A DNA stretch of 64,000 nucleotides. Origin: an uncultured Candidatus Saccharibacteria bacterium (GTDB taxonomy: Bacteria; Patescibacteriota; Minisyncoccia; Phycocordibacterales; DATDWN01). The stretch's first letter is position 1. Each line of letters begins with the position of its first letter. The translations under genes and the position numbers were made by a program. The DNA is taken from contig CAZQVT010000002.1 of assembly GCA_964596875.1 (NCBI GenBank), forward strand, positions 5,508-69,507, read 5' to 3'. Below, piece by piece: positions 19,196 through 29,192 of this stretch. Under the pieces are notes generated by a model. It was not told the DNA's origin. It ran no database searches and saw nothing but the letters and a program-made list of their open reading frames with translations.

Positions 19196-20071
19196 TTATT
19201 CAAGCGGTTCTCTGTACGGATCTTTCTGGTATTTTGTTTCTATTGGTTTAATACTCGGAGTAACACTATTTAGTTTACTTCCCACTATAGGGTTGCTGCT
19301 AGGTGCTGGAGTTTTGTATATTTCTTCTGTCGCGTATCTAGGAACGCCAATGCCCATGTTTGTATTCTGCTTCTGGTTGTCCAGAGCATCATTTTGGAAG
19401 GCAGGTTTTATCATTTCCTTCGGAATATTTAGTGTGGTGCTACCAAAGCTCATTGGTTCGTTTTTTACAACTGGTGCCATTTCTTGAGGAGTATCTACCA
19501 CCTTTTTTGTAGCAGGCATAACTGTACCCCTTTCAAATACTCTGTTTTCTAGTTCGTAAACAATTTGGTCAGCTAGTATGTTTGAGATGTTCAGGAGGTT
19601 TACCAAATCTGTTCCTGTAATTTTCTCCCCCAGGTTTCTGTCTATTACACTCATGACTTCATTTTCTAGAACAGTTGCCTGACTAGTGCTTAGTCCGTAT
19701 TTATTTACTATATCCCCAACACGTTTCTTAGAAGTAACAGGATCGATTTTTGTCTCAGTTTTGTTTTTATTTATAAGTTCTAAAATTGGATTTAAAATCC
19801 TTTCACCAACCTCTAAAGATATTTTTTCTGCATCTTCATGACTTAGGTGTGCTTCAGTTTCAAGATTGCCTATGTATTTTTCAGATGAGACTATTCCAAA
19901 AACCAATAAAACTGTTTCGTAAATAAAAGAATCTTCATCTTGGATAGTCTTATTTTCTTCGATTATTTTTCTAATACTTTCAAGCCACGGCGTGCTTTTG
20001 ATCGCAAAAACCATATCTTTCGGCAAAATTTTTATTCTTTCACTTAAAATTTTTTTAATTTCTTGTTCCAT
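19196..20071 (-). CDS. Hypothetical soluble protein of the T4SS-like operon (291 aa)
   Basis: No TM segment and no recognisable motif. Tightly packed in the operon. Confidence 0.5.
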   Translation of the reverse strand: MEQEIKKILSERIKILPKDMVFAIKSTPWLESIRKIIEENKTIQDEDSFIYETVLLVFGIVSSEKYIGNLETEAHLSHEDAEKISLEVGERILNPILELINKNKTETKIDPVTSKKRVGDIVNKYGLSTSQATVLENEVMSVIDRNLGEKITGTDLVNLLNISNILADQIVYELENRVFERGTVMPATKKVVDTPQEMAPVVKNEPMSFGSTTLNIPKEMIKPAFQNDALDNQKQNTNMGIGVPRYATEEIYKTPAPSSNPIVGSKLNSVTPSIKPIETKYQKDPYREPLE

Positions 20072-20075
20072 GTTT

Positions 20076-21986
20076 TTATGGTGTTGGTGTGGCCTGTGCT
20101 GGTGCGGGCGCAGCTGGTGCTGGTGCTGCAGGTTCTTCTTCTTTTAATACTTCAGCTAGATCAGCCAGTATCTTGTCTTTTCCACCCTTCTTTGATTTTT
20201 TGCCCTCTCTCATTCTTCTTGCGGCTTCAGCATCTTCTGAAACTCCAGTATAAAGGTTTGGTGTGTACCATTGAGTCTGGCTGATATTGTGTATATATCT
20301 CTGGCGTCTTTCTGCGGTATTACGTTCCGCTCCTTGTATTAGTAATCTTTGATATCTCTCTCTTTCCCTTTCTGCCTCTCGAGCAACCATAGCAGTTGCA
20401 TCAGCTCTTGACCTTCCTGCTACAACATAAGCATTTACTCTTCCTTCATTTGAAACCTTGTCCCAGCCTCTTCTTTCCATTTCTGCTTCTACGTCTGCAC
20501 CAGTTACTGTGTCACCTAGATTATTTTCAGCAAATTTCATTCTGTCGTTTATTCGAGCCTCTCTTTCTGCTTGGTATCCACCTTTTCCACCAGCCTTGCC
20601 CATTCCAGTCATTTTCCCTATTGCTGTTGATCGTACATCAAAACTTGCTGAGCCGGTCTTGTTTCCTGCTGTTAATGCGAGACGAGCGAGCCTGCTGTCA
20701 GGAGCTCTTTCTCTTAGCCATTGACTGTTTGCAACAGATTGTCCGGCAAGGCCAACACTGTTTCTTAGGCCAAGTGCTCCGACATTCATGATCTTACCGC
20801 CAGCGTATGAAGTTAAGTTTTTTGTTGCTTGTCCCACAAATTTTGAACCTCTTGATGCTGAACTTTTTGAAACTGTAAGTGAGGCAATAATTAAACCAAT
20901 TAGAATAACAAAGTTAAAAATTAAACTTATTGAACTTTGTGAGTATGTGGCACTCAACTGACCGGCATCTCCGGATGCAAGTCGTCCGATTGCGTCTGGA
21001 TCTATTAAAAATCTAGAGGTACTCATGAGTTGTAGTACTACCCAAGTCATGATCATGTAGATTGGGCCAAATGTTAACTGTCCAGTAAGTGTTTCCCACC
21101 ACTCACCTGCCGCTTTTCCTAGGCCTGGTATAGCGGTACCCATATATGCCACAGGAGAAAGTATTAGCAAAATAATTAGTGTTACATATCTGATTATAAA
21201 AATAATTGAAATAGAAAAGAAAACAAAAGCCGTAACCATAAAAAGCACGGCACCTAGTATGGGCACCAGAAGCATATTTGCATCACCGCCAGTCCTAACA
21301 TTGGTAAAGTTTGCTTTTGACCAGAAAGATGATAGACCCAGATTTTTCATAAAAGGAATAGATATACCCGAAAGTGGTATTATAGTTTGTCCGCTCTGGT
21401 CTACGATGGGTTTTCCTTGGCCAGCACTTTGAATAATAGATTTATAAAATCCAAGGGTGACGATATTTGAAGCGTCTATGAGTATTTTTGTGAAAAATAA
21501 ACTAAAGTTTACTAAAAGTGCTGCCAGAATAAGTGTGGAGATAAATTTTTTTATTGACTCCTTACTTCCCACACCAATAATTAGTTCTATTCCCTTGTAG
21601 ACCAAGATAAATATAAAGGCTATGTTCATTAGGTCCTTTATCACCTTCCAGGTTATATTTATTCCCGTAAGGTCGTCCAGGTTAACTTTGAGGTCAATAA
21701 TGGTGTACCGAAGCACATAGTCTAAAAGTGTTCCTGATAGGTACAGAACCCATGAAGCAATTCTCAGAACAATGTTATAGAGTAGCCATGTGAATATGTC
21801 TGTAAGGGCATTGATCACACAAGTTCCCCATCCAGAAAGCCATCCACACTCAGTATCGTTTGATCTATCTATCTGGCCTACTGTAGGGTTTACTGTACCG
21901 CCAGTACCTTGTGCAGTTACAAATACAGGAGCAAATACTCCCAAAAGTATCGTTAGTATTAGTAAATGTGAAAGGATTTTTTTCAT
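20076..21986 (-). CDS. VirB6/TrbL-like polytopic membrane protein with a charged C-terminal extension (PAAPAPAAPAPA tail)
   Basis: Signal peptide, at least 6 TM segments, and a long Arg/Glu-rich C-terminal region. The start is taken at M13 (21986), which avoids the overlap that the 22022 start would create. Confidence 0.65.
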   Translation of the reverse strand: MKKILSHLLILTILLGVFAPVFVTAQGTGGTVNPTVGQIDRSNDTECGWLSGWGTCVINALTDIFTWLLYNIVLRIASWVLYLSGTLLDYVLRYTIIDLKVNLDDLTGINITWKVIKDLMNIAFIFILVYKGIELIIGVGSKESIKKFISTLILAALLVNFSLFFTKILIDASNIVTLGFYKSIIQSAGQGKPIVDQSGQTIIPLSGISIPFMKNLGLSSFWSKANFTNVRTGGDANMLLVPILGAVLFMVTAFVFFSISIIFIIRYVTLIILLILSPVAYMGTAIPGLGKAAGEWWETLTGQLTFGPIYMIMTWVVLQLMSTSRFLIDPDAIGRLASGDAGQLSATYSQSSISLIFNFVILIGLIIASLTVSKSSASRGSKFVGQATKNLTSYAGGKIMNVGALGLRNSVGLAGQSVANSQWLRERAPDSRLARLALTAGNKTGSASFDVRSTAIGKMTGMGKAGGKGGYQAEREARINDRMKFAENNLGDTVTGADVEAEMERRGWDKVSNEGRVNAYVVAGRSRADATAMVAREAERERERYQRLLIQGAERNTAERRQRYIHNISQTQWYTPNLYTGVSEDAEAARRMREGKKSKKGGKDKILADLAEVLKEEEPAAPAPAAPAPAQATPTP

Positions 21987-21993
21987 TTTTAAA

Positions 21994-23691
21994 TTACCTA
22001 AAGATTGCGCCAACTTGTCCATTTCCAGTTATGTTTCCTCTGCAAGTGTTGCTTGGGTTAAATACCGCACACGGACCTGTCCAGCCAACAAAGTTTCTAC
22101 CGATTGCTGGTGTCGCTGTTATGGATACTAAAGAGTCGACCGGATAAGGTTTGCTACATGTAGTTGTCGCTGGATTGGTTAGGTTTGAACACGTATCTAC
22201 TCCATCAGTTACAGAGCCTCCAGGAGAAACATCGATTGTAAGTGTGTATGTTGAGCCTGTTCCAGGTAGAGGTATTGGTGGGTTTGTTGCTGCACTTCCA
22301 GCTGGGTTTCTGTTACATGCGCATTCAACATTCCAAGTCCATCCACTACCTGCACCTGTGCCACCAACTGCACCTACCATAACGTCTACAACCATTCCAT
22401 TTCCAAAATCAAACTTATCCAGTCTTCTGTGAGGAATTACAAAAGCCCATGGGTATTGACCCTTTACTTCGCTTTCTGCAGAAGTCATGCCGGCATTTGT
22501 TAGAGGGTATTTGTTCAGTATTCCTAAAACAGTACCGCTATCTACTCTTGTACAGTCTACACTTGGGTTTGGAGTATACGCAGGACATGAACTTCCTCCA
22601 CTTCCCCCACTTCCAAGTGGCCACGGAGGTATTCCACCTATGTCAGCTGGAGTTGTCTCACAACTTACAGAACCTCCGGTTCCTCCAGTGTATGAGTCAA
22701 TTATTCCGTCACCGTCGGTATCAACACCCGTACCACTGTTTCCTCCATTTGAAGTACAAGTTAGTGTTGGTTGAGAAGCAGATGGTTGATAGTTTTGATA
22801 TGGTTGTGATTCTGCAGCAATCTGGTCAACAAGTGATGGTGAAGTGTTGTTTGCACCTGTTTTTTCACTTGCACCCATTAGACCACCTGCATTTCCAGCA
22901 ACCTGTTCAATAAGTTGAGAAACAAGCGCTGTAATAATCTCGTTAAACTCATCAGCAGAAACCAATTCTCCCCATTTTGTTCCCAGAGTATCTTTTATTT
23001 GGTCACTAATAACTCCACCAGGTGTAACAGTTTCTTCTTCTACAGAACAGATTGTCGCCTGTGATACTGGATCAACAAAGGTTTGTGCTCCTCTCGGGCA
23101 TCGTTTTAAACTCAAAAAACCTGCACCAAGGTCAATTTCTTTTTTCTTATTAGCTGCGTCACTGCCCACTATTATTGAAAGTTGATTTTTTGCTGCCAAA
23201 TAGGAGCCATAAGGGTTGTTTTCTGAATTTTGAGTAATTTCAAACCAACCCTGCCATCCTCCCTCTGTAAAATCCTGCGTAAACGCATCGTAGTTATTCT
23301 GTAGAATGCTTAAGGTACAAGAATAATTGTTATTGTCATCATTTATATAGTTTTTTGCTAGTGCAAGTCTAACTTCTGCCTTGAAAGGACTACAAAGTTT
23401 GTTTACTCCTGCTTGTGATAGAAACTGTGAGGCGATATTGTCCCCTGCATCTAGGAAAAATTTACCAGGGTCACTTATATAACCAGGATTTCCCTTAAAA
23501 CCGTTGTTTATCCAGTTTACGGTTTTTTGAGTAAGTTTTCTTGTAACTGTTTTGGCTGCGACATAGGCTATGGTATCCAAACCGTATTCCTTTAAAGCGT
23601 TTGAAATATCTACATATTGAGCATTAGTTTTTTCTGGGAAGGAAACAAGTAAAACTGAAAAGATTAAAAAGGATGCAAGTATTTTTTTCAT
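21994..23691 (-). CDS. Secreted 565-aa protein. It has a DTDGDGIID calcium-binding-like motif, Gly/Ser-rich linkers and a C-terminal beta-repeat domain (NFVGWTGPC).
   Basis: Signal peptide MKKILASFLIFSVLLVSFPEKTNA. The C-terminal GW-containing motif resembles Listeria-Bacteroides-type repeats. Confidence 0.55.
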   Translation of the reverse strand: MKKILASFLIFSVLLVSFPEKTNAQYVDISNALKEYGLDTIAYVAAKTVTRKLTQKTVNWINNGFKGNPGYISDPGKFFLDAGDNIASQFLSQAGVNKLCSPFKAEVRLALAKNYINDDNNNYSCTLSILQNNYDAFTQDFTEGGWQGWFEITQNSENNPYGSYLAAKNQLSIIVGSDAANKKKEIDLGAGFLSLKRCPRGAQTFVDPVSQATICSVEEETVTPGGVISDQIKDTLGTKWGELVSADEFNEIITALVSQLIEQVAGNAGGLMGASEKTGANNTSPSLVDQIAAESQPYQNYQPSASQPTLTCTSNGGNSGTGVDTDGDGIIDSYTGGTGGSVSCETTPADIGGIPPWPLGSGGSGGSSCPAYTPNPSVDCTRVDSGTVLGILNKYPLTNAGMTSAESEVKGQYPWAFVIPHRRLDKFDFGNGMVVDVMVGAVGGTGAGSGWTWNVECACNRNPAGSAATNPPIPLPGTGSTYTLTIDVSPGGSVTDGVDTCSNLTNPATTTCSKPYPVDSLVSITATPAIGRNFVGWTGPCAVFNPSNTCRGNITGNGQVGAIFR

Positions 23692-23775
23692 ATAGAAAAT
23701 AATTTATATATTACAAACAAATTATATCCTATTATGAAAAGTAAATCTCAATAATAAACTCAAATATGTTGAAAA

Positions 23776-24612
23776 CTAACGAAATTCGGTAACTGTTTTT
23801 TTGCTCAAGAATGCATTTAGGGTAGTAACTGCTTTTCCAAAGTTTTGCATGTTTGTAGTATAGTCCCCCACAACAGAGAAAACTTTTACCGGATCAGAAA
23901 CTGCAGAACGTATTGCCTCCAGGTTGCTTAGTATTTTTGATGAGGCGTTCAAAAGGTTTAGGTGCATGGGTATTGCGGCTTCAGGAACCTCCATTTCAAG
24001 TAGCGTTTTAATTGTGCTCTTGTTTATGACTATGAGAGGGTCTAGTTTTTTGAGTTCCTTTTCGTTATCAGACTGTAGGCCGTTTACTAGTATGGCCATA
24101 GGGTCAACTTTTACATCATAATATACAGAAATAAGCGCTTGGTTTATTTTTTGAGAGTAAGCATCGAAAGTTAACGGGTCATCTTTTTTAATGATTTTTA
24201 AGTTTTCTTTGATGTATACAACTGAATTTTGCTTGTAGTCAGGCAGTGAAAGTGTGTTGTCTACTATTTTTGAGGCCATTTGAGGAGTAAGTCCTTGTCC
24301 GTTTTTAGCTATTATTAGATACTGCGACAAAATATCTCGAGACATTTGGTCTGTTAGAGTGTTGTCCCCTTCTGAAATATTTACTGTTTTTGTCAGGTCG
24401 ATAACTTTTGAGTTTGCTTTGTTGCTGTCAGTTAGAATTTTTTTCCAGTCGTAGTCCGTGTTTTTTATAGCTATGGGATCTTCAGCAACCACCCCATCTT
24501 TTTTAGTGGGTGTTGTTTTTGAGAGACTTTTTTGTTTGTTATTTATAAACCAAACCGAAACAACCACACCAAAACATAGTATAAAAATAGTAAGAGTTTT
24601 GTTACTAGGCAT
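23776..24612 (-). CDS. N-terminally anchored extracytoplasmic protein (278 aa). It is the first gene of the operon and a possible VirB8-like component.
   Basis: Single N-terminal TM plus a 240-aa domain. The size and topology fit VirB8-like proteins, but there is no sequence motif. Confidence 0.45.
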   Translation of the reverse strand: MPSNKTLTIFILCFGVVVSVWFINNKQKSLSKTTPTKKDGVVAEDPIAIKNTDYDWKKILTDSNKANSKVIDLTKTVNISEGDNTLTDQMSRDILSQYLIIAKNGQGLTPQMASKIVDNTLSLPDYKQNSVVYIKENLKIIKKDDPLTFDAYSQKINQALISVYYDVKVDPMAILVNGLQSDNEKELKKLDPLIVINKSTIKTLLEMEVPEAAIPMHLNLLNASSKILSNLEAIRSAVSDPVKVFSVVGDYTTNMQNFGKAVTTLNAFLSKKTVTEFR

Positions 24613-24632
24613 CCATAAATAATATCACAACT

Positions 24633-26285
24633 TTAAACTAAGTTATAAACACCACTTGCCCATAATACAAAAAGATATGCGACTCCTATACCAAATAAAA
24701 AGAAAAATCTTAATATAAATATGTATTTCTCTGCGTAAGGTTTTCTAGTTATAAGTTTGTATCCTACTAAGGAACATGGTATGGCGAGTATATACAAAAG
24801 GTAAAAACTAAGGAAAAATGGCACAAGCAAAATACTAATCGAGAAAAGTGTTGCTACGATTTGTACTCCATATTTTGGAAACAGGTTTGGTATGGTTAGG
24901 ATTCCATTTCTTTTATCCCCCTCTACATCTTTTATATCTTTAAAGTTTATTGCCAAAGTTACCATTATAACTATCCCAATACTTAAAAATGTTGGAAAAC
25001 TTTGGACTTCTTTGTTTGTGGATACAAAAAAGTATCCTGCAAGTATGGTTGAAAGACAGGCAACTCCAATAAGAAATGAAGGAACCAAAGGCAGTCTGCG
25101 AAGTCTTAGAGGTGGTACTGAATACACATATGAACATGCTACATAAACCATAGCCATAAAAAATGGATAAAAACCTGCACACCAACTACCTAAAAGACCC
25201 ATTGCCAGCCACAGTTTTCCAATATCTCGCATTTCACTAACGGAAACAGAGTTTTTCACTAAAGGTCTGTCTGTATTTGAGATTTTGTCTATATCTAGGT
25301 CGTAAATATCATTTAAGTGAACTGCGTGCATCCAAAGTGCTGACCATGCAACAAAAAGACAAATCAAACCAAATACATCGATTAAAACTGGCATGTTCCC
25401 TACCTTGTTTATATATGCAAAGGCGATTCCACAAAAAAGTGATGCCGTGTAGAAGTTTATTCTTTCGGGTCGAGCGTTTTTAAAAATTGCCACAAATTTT
25501 TCTTTTTCTATTTTCCTAAACAAAGATAGTCCCAATAATATAGAAATGATAAACAAAATTTGAGACATGAGTTTGTCAAAACCAAGTTCAAAAAACCTTG
25601 TAGTCGATACTGACAAGAAACCTTCCCTCAAAGTGTTGTGAGAAATGGTAGAACGTAAGATATTTTTTTCAAAAAAGTTTAAAACTTGCACATTTTCTAC
25701 GATCATACTTTGTGGATTTGAAATCGTATACAAAATCCCTGGCAGAGTGGCCAAAATAAAAACAAATATATATATTAAAAACACCCCCATAAACGACTTG
25801 CTTACTTTTTTTGTTTCAAAAAAGATTAGATAAAATATCCCAAGAAATGACAGGGCAATTCCTAGACGTATCCCGAAAGTGGCACCGTAGTTTAGATTGT
25901 TTCCAAAAAATGTAAAAAAATCATAAATTAATCTATAACCATTGTCGAAAACATAACTCATCCTGTATCCGTTTCCCTTACTTAAAAGTAAATCCGCAAT
26001 AGGAGCAAGCCATATAAGTGGTAGTCCAAACAAGATAATTTTCGCTGAAGAAACATAGTCCTTGATATATTTCCCAAATATCAAAATAGTCCCTAAGGTT
26101 ACTGTTAGAAAGTACAAGGAGTAGTGCACAAGGGTGTATGGGTCTGACGGTATTATACCTGTGCTAGATGGACTAGATATTGATTCTAAAACAAACCTAA
26201 CAAAGAGTATTCCAACAAAACCTAAAATCCAACTGGATATATTTATTTCTTGATTCTTTATTATGGTCAATATTTTATTTACCAT
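24633..26285 (-). CDS. Fusion membrane protein: an N-terminal polytopic domain of about 270 aa plus a C-terminal UbiA-family prenyltransferase domain
   Basis: First Asp-rich motif LNDIYDLDIDKISNTDRPL (NDxxDxxxD) and second motif DIKDVEGDKRNG. 14 or more TM segments in total. Confidence 0.65.
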   Translation of the reverse strand: MVNKILTIIKNQEINISSWILGFVGILFVRFVLESISSPSSTGIIPSDPYTLVHYSLYFLTVTLGTILIFGKYIKDYVSSAKIILFGLPLIWLAPIADLLLSKGNGYRMSYVFDNGYRLIYDFFTFFGNNLNYGATFGIRLGIALSFLGIFYLIFFETKKVSKSFMGVFLIYIFVFILATLPGILYTISNPQSMIVENVQVLNFFEKNILRSTISHNTLREGFLSVSTTRFFELGFDKLMSQILFIISILLGLSLFRKIEKEKFVAIFKNARPERINFYTASLFCGIAFAYINKVGNMPVLIDVFGLICLFVAWSALWMHAVHLNDIYDLDIDKISNTDRPLVKNSVSVSEMRDIGKLWLAMGLLGSWCAGFYPFFMAMVYVACSYVYSVPPLRLRRLPLVPSFLIGVACLSTILAGYFFVSTNKEVQSFPTFLSIGIVIMVTLAINFKDIKDVEGDKRNGILTIPNLFPKYGVQIVATLFSISILLVPFFLSFYLLYILAIPCSLVGYKLITRKPYAEKYIFILRFFFLFGIGVAYLFVLWASGVYNLV

Positions 26286-27072
26286 TGTGTTTTGTTAGTT
26301 CATTTGAAATTTTTACCCATGTTTTAAGATCTAAATCTTCTGCTCTAACTTTCGGATCTAGATGTAATTTTTCAAAGACATTTTGCACATTTTCTTTTTC
26401 AAAATCGTTTGAAAGGTTTGGTAAGAGTTGCTTTCGTTTATGCGCAAAGCCCGAATGTAAAACTTTGAAATAATCTTCAATGTTTAGTCCGTGAAGTTTA
26501 ATGTCCGAAATATTTTCTATGTTTATTACTGCAGAGTCTACGTTCGGAGACGGTGTAAATGCCCCCCTACCTACAGTTCGGATTATTTTTGGCTCGCCAA
26601 AAACTTTCACTGAAAGTGAAAGAAGGCTTTCTTTTTTGTCTCGAGCTACGATTCTTTCTGCTACTTCTTTTTGAACAAGTAGTGTCATGGAAACGGGTTT
26701 ATTTTTAGCCTCTAAAAATTTGCGGATGATTTGTCCAGTGATGTAGTAAGGAATGTTGGCGATAACCTTGTAATTGTTTCCCAAAGGTAGTTTTTCAGTT
26801 TCGATTTCCAAAATATCAGATTCAATAAGCACTAATTTGTTTTCGTTTATTTCATTTATAAACTTTTCATGAAGGAGAGGAATGAGTCTGTGATCTTTTT
26901 CTACAACAATAACCTTCCCCGCTTTCTTTAGAAGATTTTCGGTCATTACTCCTTCACCCGGGCCAATCTCTAAAACAATATCTTTATCCAAAACTTTTCC
27001 CGCAGAAACAATATCACTGACTATTTGAGGTGATTTTAAAAAGTTTTGTCCTAGGGATTTCTTTTTAAGCAT
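26275..27072 (-). CDS. rsmA: 16S rRNA (adenine1518/1519-N6)-dimethyltransferase
   Basis: SLGQNFLKSPQIVSDIV...LEIGPGEGVMT SAM motif. Confidence 0.9.
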   Translation of the reverse strand: MLKKKSLGQNFLKSPQIVSDIVSAGKVLDKDIVLEIGPGEGVMTENLLKKAGKVIVVEKDHRLIPLLHEKFINEINENKLVLIESDILEIETEKLPLGNNYKVIANIPYYITGQIIRKFLEAKNKPVSMTLLVQKEVAERIVARDKKESLLSLSVKVFGEPKIIRTVGRGAFTPSPNVDSAVINIENISDIKLHGLNIEDYFKVLHSGFAHKRKQLLPNLSNDFEKENVQNVFEKLHLDPKVRAEDLDLKTWVKISNELTKHNGK

Positions 27073-27073
27073 T

Positions 27074-29014
27074 TTAAAAGTCTATACTAAATAATGGTTT
27101 TCTGGGAGCGTCTTCCTCTCCGTAGTGCTCTTTTTCTGTGTATGTGTCGGGGATATCTTCTAGGAATTCAGAGGGAGAGTTTATTTCCCTGTTTCCAAAT
27201 ATAGTACGGGTAACTGCCCAAGTCAAAAACAATTTTTTGCCTGCACGAGTAATAGCTACATAGAAAAGTCTCCTCTCCTCTTCGTTGTCTTCTCCAGATT
27301 TTCTTTCCCCCATTTTTCTATGAGGAAAAAGGTCGGCTTCTAGACCTGAAACAAAAACATATTGAAACTCCAACCCCTTAGATGAGTGAACTGTCATAAG
27401 TTTTACTCCAGTTTTTTTACCATCCAAAGAGTCTTGGTCCGAAGCCAAAGAACTGTCAGTTAAAAACTTTTCTATCCCCTCTTCTGGTGATAGTTCATCG
27501 TATAGCGACGCGAGTGAAACAAGTTCCATAATGTTCTCTAGCCTTTCCGTGTCTTCTTCTTGACCAGTGTTGTACATATCTTCCATGCCTGTGCTCTTGA
27601 TAACAAATTTTATAGAGTCACTTGTTTTTTGCGTCAAAAGCACTTCTTTTATTTTTATAAGCAAATTTTTAAAATCCCCTAATTTTTCTTTTGTTTTCTC
27701 TGGCAAATCTCCCTCTTTACCCTCCATTATCTTTTGAATAGTAGTTCTACCTATGCCTCTAGGCGGAATATTTATGATTCTAAGCAAATCTGTGGTTGAG
27801 TCGGTGTTTAGTGAGGCTTTTATGAAACTTATTACATCTTTTACTTCTTTCCTTTCAAAAAACTTTGTCCCAAGCATCTGGTAGTCTACTCCAAAAGCCA
27901 AAAATGCATCTTCCAAAACTCTGGATTGAAAGTTTGCTCTATACAAAACAGAAATTTCTTCTGGGTTTACACCGCTTTCTACCAGACTTTTTGCTTTCAT
28001 TGCTATAAACTGAGCCTCGTCTATCTCGCTTCTACCTTGGAAAATAGAGATTTTTTCGCCTTCGTGGTTTTCTGTATAGAGTTTTTTAGGTATTCTATAG
28101 TCATTTTTCTCTATGATGAGGTTTGCAACAGCCAAAATATTTTTTGTTGAACGATAATTTTGCTCTAGGAAGAAAGTTTGAGCCCTTGGATAGGTTTTTT
28201 CAAAATGAAGCATGTTTTTTATCTCTGCACCCCGCCAACTATATATGTTTTGGTCTGTATCCCCCACGACGCATATGTTTTGGTGTTTGTTCGCCAACAT
28301 CTCTACTATGTCGTTTTGTACCTTGTTTGTATCCTGGTACTCGTCTACATGTATATATTTAAACCTGTCCTGGTATTTTTCCAGTACGTCTGGGTATTTT
28401 TTCAATAACTTAAGAGTTTTGAGTAATAAATCATCAAAATCTAGAGCACTTTCCTTTTTTAGCATGTCTTCGTACTTTGCCCATACTTTTTTAGTAAGTT
28501 CCGAAGAAAAGTCATAAGAGCCTTTTTCGTTATATTCGTTTATATCTACCCCTCTACCTTTTTCAGCGGATATGATGTGCCGCACTTTATCCAAGTGGTC
28601 TTTTGGATCCAAACCAACCGAGATTACGGACTCTTTTATAGCTTTTTTGGAATCTGAGGTGTCAAAAATAGTAAAATGTCTAGGAAGTTTTAGAAGCTCA
28701 GAGTTCTCTTTTATTATTTGTACCCCAAGTGAGTGAAACGTGCTCATAAAAGGAGTGCCTCCCCTTGTGTGAATTAGTTCAGGACTATTTCTCATTAAAT
28801 CTATAATTCTTTCACGCATTTCCTTTGCTGCTTTGTTAGTAAAGGTAATGGCCAGTATGTTTTCTGGCCTCACACCTGTGTTTATAAGGTGGAGAATGCG
28901 GTGAGTAATCGTTTTTGTTTTACCAGCTCCTGCTCCTGCGACAATAAGTACCGGTCCGTCTGTGGCCAAAACTGCCTTTTTTTGTTCAGAATTAAGGGTT
29001 TTTAAGTAATCCAT
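27074..29014 (-). CDS. UvrD/PcrA-family ATP-dependent DNA helicase
   Basis: LNSEQKKAVLATDGPVLIVAGAGAGKTKT Walker A and a full set of SF1 motifs. Confidence 0.9.
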   Translation of the reverse strand: MDYLKTLNSEQKKAVLATDGPVLIVAGAGAGKTKTITHRILHLINTGVRPENILAITFTNKAAKEMRERIIDLMRNSPELIHTRGGTPFMSTFHSLGVQIIKENSELLKLPRHFTIFDTSDSKKAIKESVISVGLDPKDHLDKVRHIISAEKGRGVDINEYNEKGSYDFSSELTKKVWAKYEDMLKKESALDFDDLLLKTLKLLKKYPDVLEKYQDRFKYIHVDEYQDTNKVQNDIVEMLANKHQNICVVGDTDQNIYSWRGAEIKNMLHFEKTYPRAQTFFLEQNYRSTKNILAVANLIIEKNDYRIPKKLYTENHEGEKISIFQGRSEIDEAQFIAMKAKSLVESGVNPEEISVLYRANFQSRVLEDAFLAFGVDYQMLGTKFFERKEVKDVISFIKASLNTDSTTDLLRIINIPPRGIGRTTIQKIMEGKEGDLPEKTKEKLGDFKNLLIKIKEVLLTQKTSDSIKFVIKSTGMEDMYNTGQEEDTERLENIMELVSLASLYDELSPEEGIEKFLTDSSLASDQDSLDGKKTGVKLMTVHSSKGLEFQYVFVSGLEADLFPHRKMGERKSGEDNEEERRLFYVAITRAGKKLFLTWAVTRTIFGNREINSPSEFLEDIPDTYTEKEHYGEEDAPRKPLFSIDF

Positions 29015-29192
29015 TAGGGTTTGATTATAACATTTGTTAAAAGTTAGTATTTGTGACCTGTTTATAACTTCTATTGACCCCTATTTTCCAGTGTATATAA
29101 TGGTTAAGTACAGAAAAGTCTGTTAAAAATATGGCTCTGTTAAGCCATATTTTATACGGGAATCCAGAATTTGAATTAAATTTTCGCTTATT

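Noticed and set aside
20396-20791. 131-aa and 88-aa + strand ORFs inside the VirB6-like gene
   Set aside because: Leu/His-rich antisense translations within a well-supported membrane-protein gene.
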